A program made the position numbers and the translations under genes. 64,000 nucleotides of DNA from Candidatus Kapaibacterium sp. GTDB lineage: Bacteria; Bacteroidota; Ignavibacteria; Palsa-1295. The stretch lies in assembly GCA_038322815.1 (NCBI GenBank), contig JBBQGG010000001.1, positions 18,840-82,839 on the forward strand, in the 5' to 3' direction. Position 1 is the first letter of the stretch, and each line of letters starts with the position of its first letter. Shown piece by piece: positions 19,842-30,457 of this stretch. Below the pieces are notes generated by a model that was not told the origin of the DNA, made no database searches, and saw only the letters and a list, made by a program, of their open reading frames with translations.

Positions 19842-20723
19842 TTAAACGTACTTCCAACGTCTATGCTGCCATAGCCACTGATCTGGCTGTCTGCGTATTA
19901 TCTCTTCAAGGAGATGGGCATGGCGGTATGTTAGCTCGTGAACATTTTCCTCGACAGCATCTAAAAGATCATCAAAACAAATACAATGAAAAGTTATGAG
20001 ATAATCGCCATCAGCCTTACGAAGGCATTCGGCAAAGAGCATCGGAGCACGCGTTTGAAGTGCCAGGCGTGCCGGGCCCTCTGCAGTCGGTACTTCCCTG
20101 CCAAAGAAATTGATCCTTGTGCTTTCACCGGGGGCTGCCTGATCTGCAAGTAGTGCAATACAACTTCCATTTCGAAGTACACGATACATCCTTCGTATGT
20201 CCCCGGAATTAATAAGAGTATTTCCTGTACGAATGCGCATTTTTTCTAAAAAACGCTCAGTAAATGAAGTCCGAATATTTTTTCTAACGATCGCAAAATT
20301 TTCTTTTAGGATTCTTGCCCCCCCCAAAGCAAGCCATTCCCAATTTGCGAAGTGTCCAGCTACCACGATCAACCCCTTTTGTTCTCTCAGGAGATTTTGA
20401 AAAAGCTCAGGATTAGAAATCCTTATACGGGATTCAATACTTTTTAGGCTTGCAAAACGCAAGTAAAGCATCTCGGCAAAAACAATACCAAGATTAGCAT
20501 ACGCGCCGATAGCTATTTTATTTTTCTCAGCTCCAGTTAATTCAGGGTACGCTTTATTAAGATTTTCAAGTGTAACGTTTTTACGTATACCAAAAGCAAA
20601 TGCAAGTTTTGCAATGAGAACACCGAAAATTTTAAGTACTACCCTCACGTAACAAAAAAAATTAATTCGTACGTTTGGCTTCCTGATAGAACCAATTTGG
20701 CTCGTACGTTTCACCCTGTACAT
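19842..20723 (-). CDS. lipid A biosynthesis acyltransferase (LpxL/HtrB family)
   Basis: HFANWEW...LADQ motifs of lysophospholipid/lipid A acyltransferases. Start ambiguous: ATG at 20723, GTG at 20652, ORF-track 20774. It overlaps the end of the upstream gene. Confidence 0.75.
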   Translation of the reverse strand: MYRVKRTSQIGSIRKPNVRINFFCYVRVVLKIFGVLIAKLAFAFGIRKNVTLENLNKAYPELTGAEKNKIAIGAYANLGIVFAEMLYLRFASLKSIESRIRISNPELFQNLLREQKGLIVVAGHFANWEWLALGGARILKENFAIVRKNIRTSFTERFLEKMRIRTGNTLINSGDIRRMYRVLRNGSCIALLADQAAPGESTRINFFGREVPTAEGPARLALQTRAPMLFAECLRKADGDYLITFHCICFDDLLDAVEENVHELTYRHAHLLEEIIRRQPDQWLWQHRRWKYV

Positions 20724-22101
20724 TCGAATGAACAAGGATGAATTTACCGCCTCCCTGAATATCGACAAATGCAAATATAGGATGACTGCCCGTTGTTAGT
20801 GTCAGTTTCTTATTATAATATTCCCATGTTATGTAGGGCTTTGCATTTGTAGTATGAAGTTGAGTAATAACATATCGTTCTTCAGGAGATCCATAGGTAA
20901 TATAAATTCTCCCCCTATCTGTTTTCCACCCCGGTGTTCGTTGATATGTATACTTCTTATTTGCTTCATCCACATTTTTATAAAATATCCTGTATGCAGA
21001 CAGCGGCGTTGAAGAGCCTTCCTCTTTATCTTTAGAGCGCCAGAATTGAAACAAGAACCGTTGCTGCTGTGACGCATTATTAAGTTTCTTCCATGTTTTT
21101 GATAAATCAGCAGAGGCTATATACATAGCTTGATCTCCCTTTTCCTCCAATTCCAATTGCGACATCTTGCTGATATCCGATGAAGAGAAAATTGCCTCCT
21201 CATCCATTGCAGGAGAAGAAGAAGCATTGCTTTCATCCTCTGAAAGCTTCATCCCACTATCATAGAAAAAAACTTTTTGCACCGATGTTTCAATATTCCC
21301 TCCACGCTTGATCGCTATTTCTAAGATATAACTATCTGTGGGTAAACCATCGACATCGATAGAACCTACCAGAGGAATCGTTGATGCAGCTAATACCTGT
21401 TGATGTGAGTTGGAGAACATCTCGTGTTTCTGGCCGTCAAGTACACGCGCAATAACTTCGCAAGTACCGGTTGATGATATGGCAGACTTGGGGATATACA
21501 GTTCAGTGTAATAATTCAACCTGCTATTTAATGAGCTAAATACTTTCGAAGGGTTTGGTGTGATAAGATAACCAACCTTTTCAAAAGGATTATTATGATC
21601 GTTTGTCGGGACTAAGCTATTTGCAAATTCAACCCCACTCAGGAAAAATTTATCTCCATTTACTACAGGAGTATAAAAATTGCGTTTAATGGTATCAAGC
21701 ACTTCTATTCCTTTATCATTCTTTGAATGAAAAATAAGAACGGCTTCGTCATTTGGCTTTATTTCAGCTATTATAACCGTACCGTCAAGCACCAGAGAAT
21801 ATTTTAAGCTATCGAGTGAAGCTCTTGTTCCATTAAAAATATTTTCTTTCTTGATATCTTTTGAACCGATGACATGGCTATTGCGCCATATTTCTGCCCG
21901 TACATTGACTTCGGCAACCTGAGTATTTCCCTTTTGCTCGAATCGTAACGCCCCATGCAAAAGAGTATAGTAAATCTCCAACTGAACTTTCCCCGAATCC
22001 CTTACAAAGGCAATAGCATCCATTTCAACTGTTCCTGGCTGTGCCTGCACTGTTGATGAGGCTAAAATAAGTCCAATAAAAGATAAGATGATCTTTCGCA
22101 T
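20662..22101 (-). CDS. GWxTD domain-containing secreted protein
   Basis: Signal peptide MRKIILSFIGLILASSTVQAQ. C-terminal GWKTDRGRIYITYGSP motif (GWxTD family, common in the FCB group). Confidence 0.7.
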   Translation of the reverse strand: MRKIILSFIGLILASSTVQAQPGTVEMDAIAFVRDSGKVQLEIYYTLLHGALRFEQKGNTQVAEVNVRAEIWRNSHVIGSKDIKKENIFNGTRASLDSLKYSLVLDGTVIIAEIKPNDEAVLIFHSKNDKGIEVLDTIKRNFYTPVVNGDKFFLSGVEFANSLVPTNDHNNPFEKVGYLITPNPSKVFSSLNSRLNYYTELYIPKSAISSTGTCEVIARVLDGQKHEMFSNSHQQVLAASTIPLVGSIDVDGLPTDSYILEIAIKRGGNIETSVQKVFFYDSGMKLSEDESNASSSPAMDEEAIFSSSDISKMSQLELEEKGDQAMYIASADLSKTWKKLNNASQQQRFLFQFWRSKDKEEGSSTPLSAYRIFYKNVDEANKKYTYQRTPGWKTDRGRIYITYGSPEERYVITQLHTTNAKPYITWEYYNKKLTLTTGSHPIFAFVDIQGGGKFILVHSNVQGETYEPNWFYQEAKRTN

Positions 22102-22168
22102 AGCAATATTAAGATGATGAATTTGCACTTTCGTATACGGTAATTATAACGTCTGTTACAAATAAAAA

Positions 22169-22198
22169 GAGCGCCTTTTCTTTAAAAAAAAGGCGCTT
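22169..22198 (-). terminator. intrinsic terminator after PorV-like gene
   Basis: GAGCGCCTTTT/AAAAGGCGCTT hairpin followed by a T-run on the minus strand. Confidence 0.55.
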
Positions 22199-22217
22199 AA
22201 GATCAATTTAGAAAAGA

Positions 22218-23267
22218 TCACTGAAAAGCTGCACTGACTGATATCCTATGGATCAATCCAAGATTCTTTGTTGTATTAATACCATAATCAATCGCACCAA
22301 GGAAATCCTCGGTTTTATATTTGAACCCTGCTCCCAAACCTAAACCAAGTTGATCTTGATTAAACCCATATCCGGCACGTAGAGCAACAATATCATTCCA
22401 TATATATTCTACACCGACATTATAGGTCTCAGGTCCATCTGAATGCGCTGCAAAATCGAATGCAACATTTAGTTTTTGGTCATCCATTGCTCCCTGAAAT
22501 ACGTCAGTCGCCACGCCGATCCTGAACGAAAGCGGAAGGGAAAAATTACTGGTCACCAATAGTGCATCCAGACCACGCGAAGTACTATTAATATTATTAT
22601 CGCGCGCAACAATTGAAAGAGAATTTCCTTGGAAATTCCTATCCGGTCCCAAATTCGTCAATGCTAAGGAGATCTTCAAATGGTAGAAATCCGTCTGATA
22701 CAATGAGCCGGCATCAAATCCTATGCCATCTGCGGAAAGATCCAAAATGGTACTGCGTATGTATTTTACAGTTGCACCGAAAGAGAATCGGTCTGTCATC
22801 GCCCCTGCTATCGTAATTCCAAAGGCAAGATCGTTAGCGTTGAAAGTACCGGAATTGATATCTTTTTGGATCGTCGATTTCTGTAACGCTCCGTTATCAA
22901 GCACAATAAGACTAACACCAAAACGATAACGTTCGCTGACAGGAAGGACAGCTCCGATAAAATTATGATTGATACCGGCAAAATATGCTGTATATGTTGC
23001 GGAAGTATTAATCCCTTTCAGGTGGGCTATACCCGCAGGATTCCAATAAAGAGCAGAAATATCATCGGCAAGCGCGCTGAACGCTCCACCCATTCCTGCT
23101 GCTCGTGCTCCGACACCAATTTTTTCGAAAAGTGAACCGCTGGAGCCGACATTATTGTAATTCGGTGCAGTGGTTGTAGTTGACGAATTCTGAGCAAACA
23201 GAGCTGATGAGAGCGATACAAAACATACAACTCCGACTATTAAGCGACACAACTGTGAAACTTTCAT
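22218..23267 (-). CDS. outer-membrane beta-barrel protein, PorV/PorQ-like (FadL-type); paralog of 48737..49765
   Basis: Signal peptide. Conserved N-terminal GVGARAAGMGGAF...DD.SA.YWNPAGIA shared with the 48737 paralog. Ends in aromatic residue (AAFQ). Confidence 0.5.
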   Translation of the reverse strand: MKVSQLCRLIVGVVCFVSLSSALFAQNSSTTTTAPNYNNVGSSGSLFEKIGVGARAAGMGGAFSALADDISALYWNPAGIAHLKGINTSATYTAYFAGINHNFIGAVLPVSERYRFGVSLIVLDNGALQKSTIQKDINSGTFNANDLAFGITIAGAMTDRFSFGATVKYIRSTILDLSADGIGFDAGSLYQTDFYHLKISLALTNLGPDRNFQGNSLSIVARDNNINSTSRGLDALLVTSNFSLPLSFRIGVATDVFQGAMDDQKLNVAFDFAAHSDGPETYNVGVEYIWNDIVALRAGYGFNQDQLGLGLGAGFKYKTEDFLGAIDYGINTTKNLGLIHRISVSAAFQ

Positions 23268-23389
23268 TGTAATAACGTGAGATAAAAAATTATGCATATT
23301 TTCAACAAATCAATCCCCTTACAAAAATTCTGGCTCGGTTAACTGTAACGGTGATTCTTCAAAAGAAAAATCACCGTTGTCTTAATTAA

Positions 23390-26300
23390 TTATCGAGATA
23401 AGCGATAGCCACCTAATACGACGGCAAATTTAGTAGTCATTTCACCGATCACAGATGTACCATTTTTCGGATCTTTTGCGATCACGCGTGCAATAAATAC
23501 CTGACTACCAACGCGTTGTTTTCCCTCAGATAGCAGGTTCCATTCTTCTACGTTATAACGATCGGCTAAATTTACGCTGCCATCGGATGCAATACCTGCA
23601 ACACCGTTATGTTCTAAGGTTTTGACAAGTTCGCCGGCAAGATTATATATCTCGATGGTCGCACGCGGTGGAAGCCTTGTAAAATACAGCTTAGCATTAT
23701 CCGTCGAGGTTTGTCCAATATGCTCAACGATATAAGGATTTGGTACAACTTGTACTTCATTCAGGATTTTTGATTGACTGTACAATCCGTTGTCCGAAAA
23801 ATCAAGTTTTTTATCCTTCGAAGTATTCACGACAAATTCAGCACCCGGGAAAGGCAAGCCTTTCATTAGACCTGTAAAACTGATAGTTATTTTATCACCC
23901 GGCTGGAAATCATTTGCAAAAGCACCATTATATGACTGCGTCGTATCTCCGGTAGTGCTATTTGCAATTCCGGGGAAATTGAAGATTATTTCTGCTCCGC
24001 CAAGTCTGAGTCTATGAACGGTTTCCAGGAATTTTCCTCCGCTATTAAACCCGGATAATCCATGGGTAAAATAATATTTACCTGTGGTTTTAGTTATATA
24101 ACTTGCAGTACTTGGATCTCCATCTTTATCCTCAGTAAAATGGAAAGCATCGATCGCAAATTTTCCCCCAAGCGGTACGATCATAGAATCAGGTTGATTC
24201 AGATCAGGAAAATAATTAGGGGTTTGAAAAATAACGTGATTATAGAACCCATAATCCCCTTCATAAACCACATCATTTCTATTGCCGACTCTGATGACTT
24301 TGAGCGGCTGATCACAATGCGTCTTGCTTATGATTGTTACAGGTAATGCCTGCGGATGGAAGTCAGCTCCCGAACTAGGATCTTTTATATGATCAACTCC
24401 TGAAATAACTTTGTTTGTGAGCGTATCAAACTGGTCTTCAACCCATGGCACCGACTGTCCGAAGCTGATTTCATACGTTGCCTCCCCTAGACCACCCTGA
24501 TAGGATGGTATTGTAAAAGCAGTATCGATATTCGAAAAATCCACAGGTACATTTTGAGGCGCGCGACTGGTTCGTCCGGAAATGCTCACAACACCATTGA
24601 ACTTAGGATCGAACGAAATGCTATGTAAACGATACGGATCCTGTAATTGGTGAAATTCGTGATTGACCAGTATATCAAAAGCCTGATCTACAGTTTGATA
24701 TGGAGCAAATTTACTGTCGTTTGTTGAGAACTTTCCCGAAACAACCGAATCAGGTTTTGTCTGTCCGATAATCTGTTCAAAAATACCCGATGCAAAACTA
24801 TACGGAGTAAGTACCGGACTTGCACTAGGGTTGTAAAGTTTATCGTATGTTAGATCTTTGCCTTGACGCGTATCCCGAACGTCAACAAACATATTCAGCG
24901 GGCTTTGATTAAGGAAGCGATGATTGAATTCCGTCCATCTTGGCTGGAAGGAAACGATGATCTGATCGTTCGAATAAAGCTGAAGAAATTTACCGGTATC
25001 CAAAACCTCGACTGTAACGGTAGTACCGTTCGATGTCGGATCATTCGGGCTTCCAAGAGCCCCGTTATAACAGTTTGGTTCTCCGGCTATTGAATTCGGA
25101 AGATCAGGAAATACCGGTCTGCAAGGGCTTCCTGGTACAAAATTTTTCGGAGTTACAAGTGCAGTTGTCAACGGCCCGACATTATTGATTGAATCGAATT
25201 CATCAGTAGCGAGAAGAAAATAATAATACTTTACTCCGTTATATAACCCTTCATTGCCACTTAGGACTCCATCCTGATTGTCGTCACCATAATCCAAAAA
25301 TGAATGCTGTATTTTATTAGGTACGGAATTTGTTCTTACATACCTAGACCCTGTAAGCACAGGATATTTTGAGCCGTTCTTCAAGATCAATGTATCATAA
25401 ACATTCACCTTCTTTAAATTCCAGATTGACCATGAGCCGAGATGGACAATTGGATTGATACCGTCCGGACGGATCGTTGAATCATGATCTGATCGTGTTG
25501 TCCTGTATAAGTCGTAAGTATTGAAAGCCAGAGTCGGACTGAGCGGGTCAACAGAATTGTCTGCTGCGTCATCCCATTGAACAAGAACTGCCCGATCGAG
25601 GCACGTAGTTGTAAGATTTGGTATCTCAGGCGGAACAGGAGTAACAAAATGCTTTACCGTTACCTGACAGGCAGTTGTAGAATCACCCGGCTTGTACGTG
25701 CCAGTTGTATCTGCAAAAACGTGGTGGGCAAATGCTATTAGCTTTACCACAGAATCCTGATTTAATTTAAGCTGGGTAGTGCTGGGGCGAGCAATTCCGA
25801 TACCTACTGTAGTTTCAACAGAAGTGCCGGGCTTAAGTGTGAAAGGTCCCGTAGAAAAAAGGAGTCGCATGTCTGCTCCGTTAGCGCCACCAATGGTAAC
25901 ATCATGTCCTAATATTCCACTTGAAAGGAAATCGTAGCGAAGATCAGGTGTCGGAGGATCGTTGCTGATAGTCCACTGGGCAAATGTTGTTAGTCCTAAT
26001 TGCGGCAAGCCATTGCAATACCCGCCGACTGCAGTACTATCAGAAATATCTACGATATCTCCGTTCGGGCTAGTCGTCGGGCTTTCAAGAAATGTAAATC
26101 CAATACAACCGTATTCTCCCGGAGGAACAGCAGAAGATTCAGCTTTAGACCATTGTCGCGCCATATTCAAGGCAGTCGGATTCCCGTAATAGGGCGATGA
26201 GGGTGGAAAAAGTGTTTTACTATCAGCTATATCCTGCGGCGTTAAACCAAAATAAGAGTTAATATCATTTCCTGCAGCTCCTCCCCCGACGCCAAGATCC

Positions 26301-27175
26301 GGATCAAACGAAGGTGCAAGGAAGCAATCAAACAATGTCTCACTTTTAGATGCATTTGTGACTTTCCTGCGAATAAACATCATGTCGCGATACTTACCAA
26401 AGCTCCATGAGTAAATAACTTCGACAACATTCAAATTAAAAGGATAACCGCTATTTGCCTTGAACTCCGGATTTGCAGTTACATCCGCATCAGAATAAAT
26501 ATTTACAATATCTTCCTGAGAAAGCATAGCAGGAGCAGGGATTTTTCCGTTAGCAAGTGCAGTATGATCTTGAGCCTTTTTCGATAAATCTGCTCGAACC
26601 GATTCATCAGAAATATAATCTCCAAAATAATAGTTACGATTCAACGTTTTTGTAGCGGATGTATCCCAAAGAGGCCAATGAGTATAGGGAGGAGGCACAG
26701 AAGAACGAACTTGTCCATCATACACACCATTATTCTTAGAATATCTTGGGCTGACATATGAAATATACTTTGCACCATCGGCCGAAGATCCAATTTCACC
26801 TTCAGTAAACCACCCGGCACCGGAATTAGGGTTATACCCGAGTTCACAAAGCTTCTTCTTTTTACCCCCAATATTCTTTTTCGTGGCGAACCAAAGACCA
26901 CCGCCAAAAATATAAGAGTTGACTGTGCCACGAGGCCAGTTGCAGCCGGCAACGGCATCACTATTAAATAAGACTCCTTTATTGGTAAAAAAGAAATCAA
27001 TGTTGCTTAGGTTATTACGCTGGCGACGGAAAGTAAGCGGCGCTGGGGATCCCCCTTTTTTTGTGACAGGACGCGCAGTACTTTCTGAGAATAAACTGAA
27101 AATCATGAACACTGCCATTGCGACTGTCCCTAATCGGACGATGACCTTACGATTGGAGTTCAACGTTATCTTCAT
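23390..27175 (-). CDS. large secreted protein (1261 aa) with T9SS-type C-terminal sorting domain
   Basis: Signal peptide. C-terminal ~100 aa ...VVPNPY...ATIEIYNLAGELVKTL... resembles Por-secretion CTD. No catalytic motif recognised. Confidence 0.55.
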   Translation of the reverse strand: MKITLNSNRKVIVRLGTVAMAVFMIFSLFSESTARPVTKKGGSPAPLTFRRQRNNLSNIDFFFTNKGVLFNSDAVAGCNWPRGTVNSYIFGGGLWFATKKNIGGKKKKLCELGYNPNSGAGWFTEGEIGSSADGAKYISYVSPRYSKNNGVYDGQVRSSVPPPYTHWPLWDTSATKTLNRNYYFGDYISDESVRADLSKKAQDHTALANGKIPAPAMLSQEDIVNIYSDADVTANPEFKANSGYPFNLNVVEVIYSWSFGKYRDMMFIRRKVTNASKSETLFDCFLAPSFDPDLGVGGGAAGNDINSYFGLTPQDIADSKTLFPPSSPYYGNPTALNMARQWSKAESSAVPPGEYGCIGFTFLESPTTSPNGDIVDISDSTAVGGYCNGLPQLGLTTFAQWTISNDPPTPDLRYDFLSSGILGHDVTIGGANGADMRLLFSTGPFTLKPGTSVETTVGIGIARPSTTQLKLNQDSVVKLIAFAHHVFADTTGTYKPGDSTTACQVTVKHFVTPVPPEIPNLTTTCLDRAVLVQWDDAADNSVDPLSPTLAFNTYDLYRTTRSDHDSTIRPDGINPIVHLGSWSIWNLKKVNVYDTLILKNGSKYPVLTGSRYVRTNSVPNKIQHSFLDYGDDNQDGVLSGNEGLYNGVKYYYFLLATDEFDSINNVGPLTTALVTPKNFVPGSPCRPVFPDLPNSIAGEPNCYNGALGSPNDPTSNGTTVTVEVLDTGKFLQLYSNDQIIVSFQPRWTEFNHRFLNQSPLNMFVDVRDTRQGKDLTYDKLYNPSASPVLTPYSFASGIFEQIIGQTKPDSVVSGKFSTNDSKFAPYQTVDQAFDILVNHEFHQLQDPYRLHSISFDPKFNGVVSISGRTSRAPQNVPVDFSNIDTAFTIPSYQGGLGEATYEISFGQSVPWVEDQFDTLTNKVISGVDHIKDPSSGADFHPQALPVTIISKTHCDQPLKVIRVGNRNDVVYEGDYGFYNHVIFQTPNYFPDLNQPDSMIVPLGGKFAIDAFHFTEDKDGDPSTASYITKTTGKYYFTHGLSGFNSGGKFLETVHRLRLGGAEIIFNFPGIANSTTGDTTQSYNGAFANDFQPGDKITISFTGLMKGLPFPGAEFVVNTSKDKKLDFSDNGLYSQSKILNEVQVVPNPYIVEHIGQTSTDNAKLYFTRLPPRATIEIYNLAGELVKTLEHNGVAGIASDGSVNLADRYNVEEWNLLSEGKQRVGSQVFIARVIAKDPKNGTSVIGEMTTKFAVVLGGYRLSR

Positions 27176-27229
27176 AATGAATTGGTAACTATCTGAAATA
27201 GATTATATAATAAGTTTTTTTGTACTCTA

Positions 27230-30200
27230 TTAGAAATGAAGAGTAAAATTCAAATAAAAGCGTCGTGGAATCTGATAGTTCGTACGGCGCGCAAAAGAAT
27301 CGGCTCTGAGACGTTTGAATGCCTGTGTTTGCTCATCGACGCTAACCCTGTTATCTTTATTTAAATCCCAACGGGGATTATACTTCAACAAACCGAGCCC
27401 ATCGAGTTGCGTACCATCAGCATTCGTTGGATCATTAACAAAATCTGTCGACCCGGTATAATTCGGATTAGCACCGTCATCATCGCCTTGTCCGGTTGTA
27501 TGATAGACAGAAATTGCCTGGTTGCGATTAAAAAGATTCAGAACTTCTAATTGAATATCTAAGGATGACGTCCCGACTCCACTGCCAAATAATTCACCGA
27601 ATGGAATATTACGGGTCAACGTTGCATCGGTTTGCATATATGAAGGTTCTCGTTGGGCATTGTGATCTCCTACCTGTGTCCCCTTTATATCAAAGGCAGT
27701 ATACGGTGTTCCTGTTTGGAATGTCGTAGTTGTATTAAGGCTGAACCGTTCTAAGAAGGGCACGCCGCCGATCTTCGGGCCTTCACCTTTACTGAAAAGT
27801 ACATTGAAAAGAAATTGCGCAACATGAGTTCTATCAAAATCCAGAGGGAATGGCTGCAACGGAAGTACTGCATTCTCTGTACTAGAGCTTTGATTAATCA
27901 GTGCAATATAATTTTCAGTAGCAGAGCTTGACGTTCCCTGCGTAGTTGAATACGTATAATTCAGTTTGAATGAAAAGTTATCCGTCATTCTCTTTTCAAA
28001 CGTAAGTTCTATACCTTTGTAACTTCCGTATTGATCGTCAGTATAGAGTTGATATCCGAGAGCTAAGCCTGAAGATGTTATCCTTGCCAAACCTGCGATA
28101 TTACGCATCTTTTTATATATACCGTTGATCGTTACCTTCATTGCATCGGTAATACCGGTAGAGAAACCGACGTTAATCTCCTCGTCACTTTCGCCTTTAA
28201 GACCGCCATTACCAATGATATTATTACCACGTTGAAGTACTGTATTAAAATTACCACCTGTGTTTGTAAGAACGTCAAGAAACAGAGGCCTCTTGAAGTA
28301 AATATCGTAGTTGAAATTAAATAATGTTTTATCCGATATGGAATATGTTATACCAAGTCTTGGGCTTAACTGCGTCTGCACTGGAGCTTTTGAAAAGTTA
28401 CCGACAGGTCTGATAACCTGTGTTCCATTGACAATTGAAGTATCCTGCCTAATGGGGTTATACGGGTCGATAACGACATGATCATTGCCAGGATTATAAA
28501 TATCAAATCGCAAACCGGGCTGGAAAGTGATATCGCTGAACTCCATCTTATCTTGTAAATATATCGAGCCAATTAACGGCTTAACAGAGAATGAATCTCG
28601 GAAAGGATTTGCATCCCATGGCAGACCATTATCGTTTCGATTTATAGTATAGAGTTCTGTTTCAAATCCTCCGGCAATACCATGCGCACCGATCTGATCA
28701 TTATAGTCTGCCTTGAATTGAATTTGATTATAAGAGTGATTAGTAAAGCCAAATACATTCCCCGCAGCAAAGAAGGTATTGTATAGTCCGTATGCATTGT
28801 TCGTTGAAGTAGTTATACCGCCTCCCTCAATGTGTCCGGTAAAAGGGTTGATGCCGGCTCCGGAAAGGTTCTGTATAGCCGAAGGATTATGAGGATCGGC
28901 AATTTGCTTCGAAATCGGAGTATAAATATCTATAATACCATCGGCTCCCGGTGTTACAGTATGGGTATTATCATCATAAGTAAATTTATCCGTAGCGTCA
29001 TAGATCTTGTACATACTGAATAAACCGCCACCAATAGACTGATCATATTTTCCTATCCGAGAACTTTGCGTCTCATACCCTCCCGTAAGTTTTAGTATTC
29101 CGGTAGATCCTATGCCGGTATTCGCCGTCAAAGTATACAGGTTATCAATGCTATTATTCGCAGGTATTTCCGCAGGATCACCATAGATAAAACCCCATGA
29201 TGTAAATTGCCTGTTAATCGATGAAAGTACAGCGTCTGCAGCCATATGAAAGCCTAAAAGATCGAAGGAAAGATTAACTGTTCCTCCGCGGGAATAATAG
29301 TGAGCATTGGGCAATTGGCCTAAATTATTTCCATAAGGATCAATCACATTTAATCCGACATCCTGATTTGAGCCAAAACTTGTCAGATCTGCAAGTTCAT
29401 CCTCGTATTGCTGTGTATTTCCCTTTGCCGTAACGAAATACTTAATGTCTTCAGTAATCGGACCGCCTACAGCAAGTTCATATGTTTTATCATTTGATCC
29501 CATTTGTTTGTATCCATTACCCGATGTTCCAAAAATAGCGGGAAGATCTGTTCGGTAACGGAATTGGAACTCAAAACTTGAACCGCCGTTGCGCGTGGTA
29601 GCATCGATCTGTGCCCCAGTTGTATTTCCTCTTGAAGCATCGAGCCCGCCTGTAGCGATATTGATTTCTGAAATTGCGAATTTAGAGACTGCCGTCTGAG
29701 TGATACTCTCGCCGCCGCTGACAATATTCGTGGTTTCAATACCATTAATACGTTCGGAGTTATCAGTGCCACGGCTTCCGTGCACAGAAAAGCCTCCGTT
29801 AGTAGCATCCCTGACAATACCGGGAGTTATAGCAACAACCTGGTTAATGTTCTGCGTGCCGGCAATTGCTATGATCTCAGAATTAGAGAGCTTCTCACCA
29901 ATACCGATCTTCGTTACGTCGACGAGCTTGTCCGCAGCTACGACGATCGTATCTTGATGCTTAGAAGAAAGTTTGAAGTCAAGTTTTACAGTTTGGTCAG
30001 ATTGGACCTTTACACCCTTGATCGTAAAGGGCTCATACCCTGCATATTTTCCAACGACGGTATAATTTTCAGATGGAGCAACGTTAATAATAGTTGCGAT
30101 TCCGTTGTCTTTAGAGAGTGCGCCTTGCTTGGTTTCCAGAATTTGGATACTTGCATGAAAAAGAGCTTCGCCGGTTTTTGCATCAATAATCTTGGCGCTG

Positions 30201-30304
30201 ATCTTTCCTGCTTGCGCGTATGCGCCTAAGGAATAAACGCCGGATATCAACACAACTAAAAGAGAAAGGAAAATTGATTGCAAAAATGTTCGATTTTTCG
30301 TCAT
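27230..30304 (-). CDS. TonB-dependent receptor with N-terminal CarboxypepD_reg-like domain
   Basis: Signal peptide. Plug-like region (DTIVVAADK...). Long beta-barrel region. C-terminal ...LNFTLHF. Confidence 0.8.
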   Translation of the reverse strand: MTKNRTFLQSIFLSLLVVLISGVYSLGAYAQAGKISAKIIDAKTGEALFHASIQILETKQGALSKDNGIATIINVAPSENYTVVGKYAGYEPFTIKGVKVQSDQTVKLDFKLSSKHQDTIVVAADKLVDVTKIGIGEKLSNSEIIAIAGTQNINQVVAITPGIVRDATNGGFSVHGSRGTDNSERINGIETTNIVSGGESITQTAVSKFAISEINIATGGLDASRGNTTGAQIDATTRNGGSSFEFQFRYRTDLPAIFGTSGNGYKQMGSNDKTYELAVGGPITEDIKYFVTAKGNTQQYEDELADLTSFGSNQDVGLNVIDPYGNNLGQLPNAHYYSRGGTVNLSFDLLGFHMAADAVLSSINRQFTSWGFIYGDPAEIPANNSIDNLYTLTANTGIGSTGILKLTGGYETQSSRIGKYDQSIGGGLFSMYKIYDATDKFTYDDNTHTVTPGADGIIDIYTPISKQIADPHNPSAIQNLSGAGINPFTGHIEGGGITTSTNNAYGLYNTFFAAGNVFGFTNHSYNQIQFKADYNDQIGAHGIAGGFETELYTINRNDNGLPWDANPFRDSFSVKPLIGSIYLQDKMEFSDITFQPGLRFDIYNPGNDHVVIDPYNPIRQDTSIVNGTQVIRPVGNFSKAPVQTQLSPRLGITYSISDKTLFNFNYDIYFKRPLFLDVLTNTGGNFNTVLQRGNNIIGNGGLKGESDEEINVGFSTGITDAMKVTINGIYKKMRNIAGLARITSSGLALGYQLYTDDQYGSYKGIELTFEKRMTDNFSFKLNYTYSTTQGTSSSATENYIALINQSSSTENAVLPLQPFPLDFDRTHVAQFLFNVLFSKGEGPKIGGVPFLERFSLNTTTTFQTGTPYTAFDIKGTQVGDHNAQREPSYMQTDATLTRNIPFGELFGSGVGTSSLDIQLEVLNLFNRNQAISVYHTTGQGDDDGANPNYTGSTDFVNDPTNADGTQLDGLGLLKYNPRWDLNKDNRVSVDEQTQAFKRLRADSFARRTNYQIPRRFYLNFTLHF

Positions 30305-30457
30305 CGTAGTATGTTATTACGAAAAAAAAATATAAGAATGATCACTTGCAGAAACGCCCACAACTTTAGCGCCTCAGTAGTACAACACATCAAAACCGGT
30401 TAAGTAGCAAAACTCACTTAAGGAGATACGAGTTCGCATCTCCCCAGCTAAATAAAA

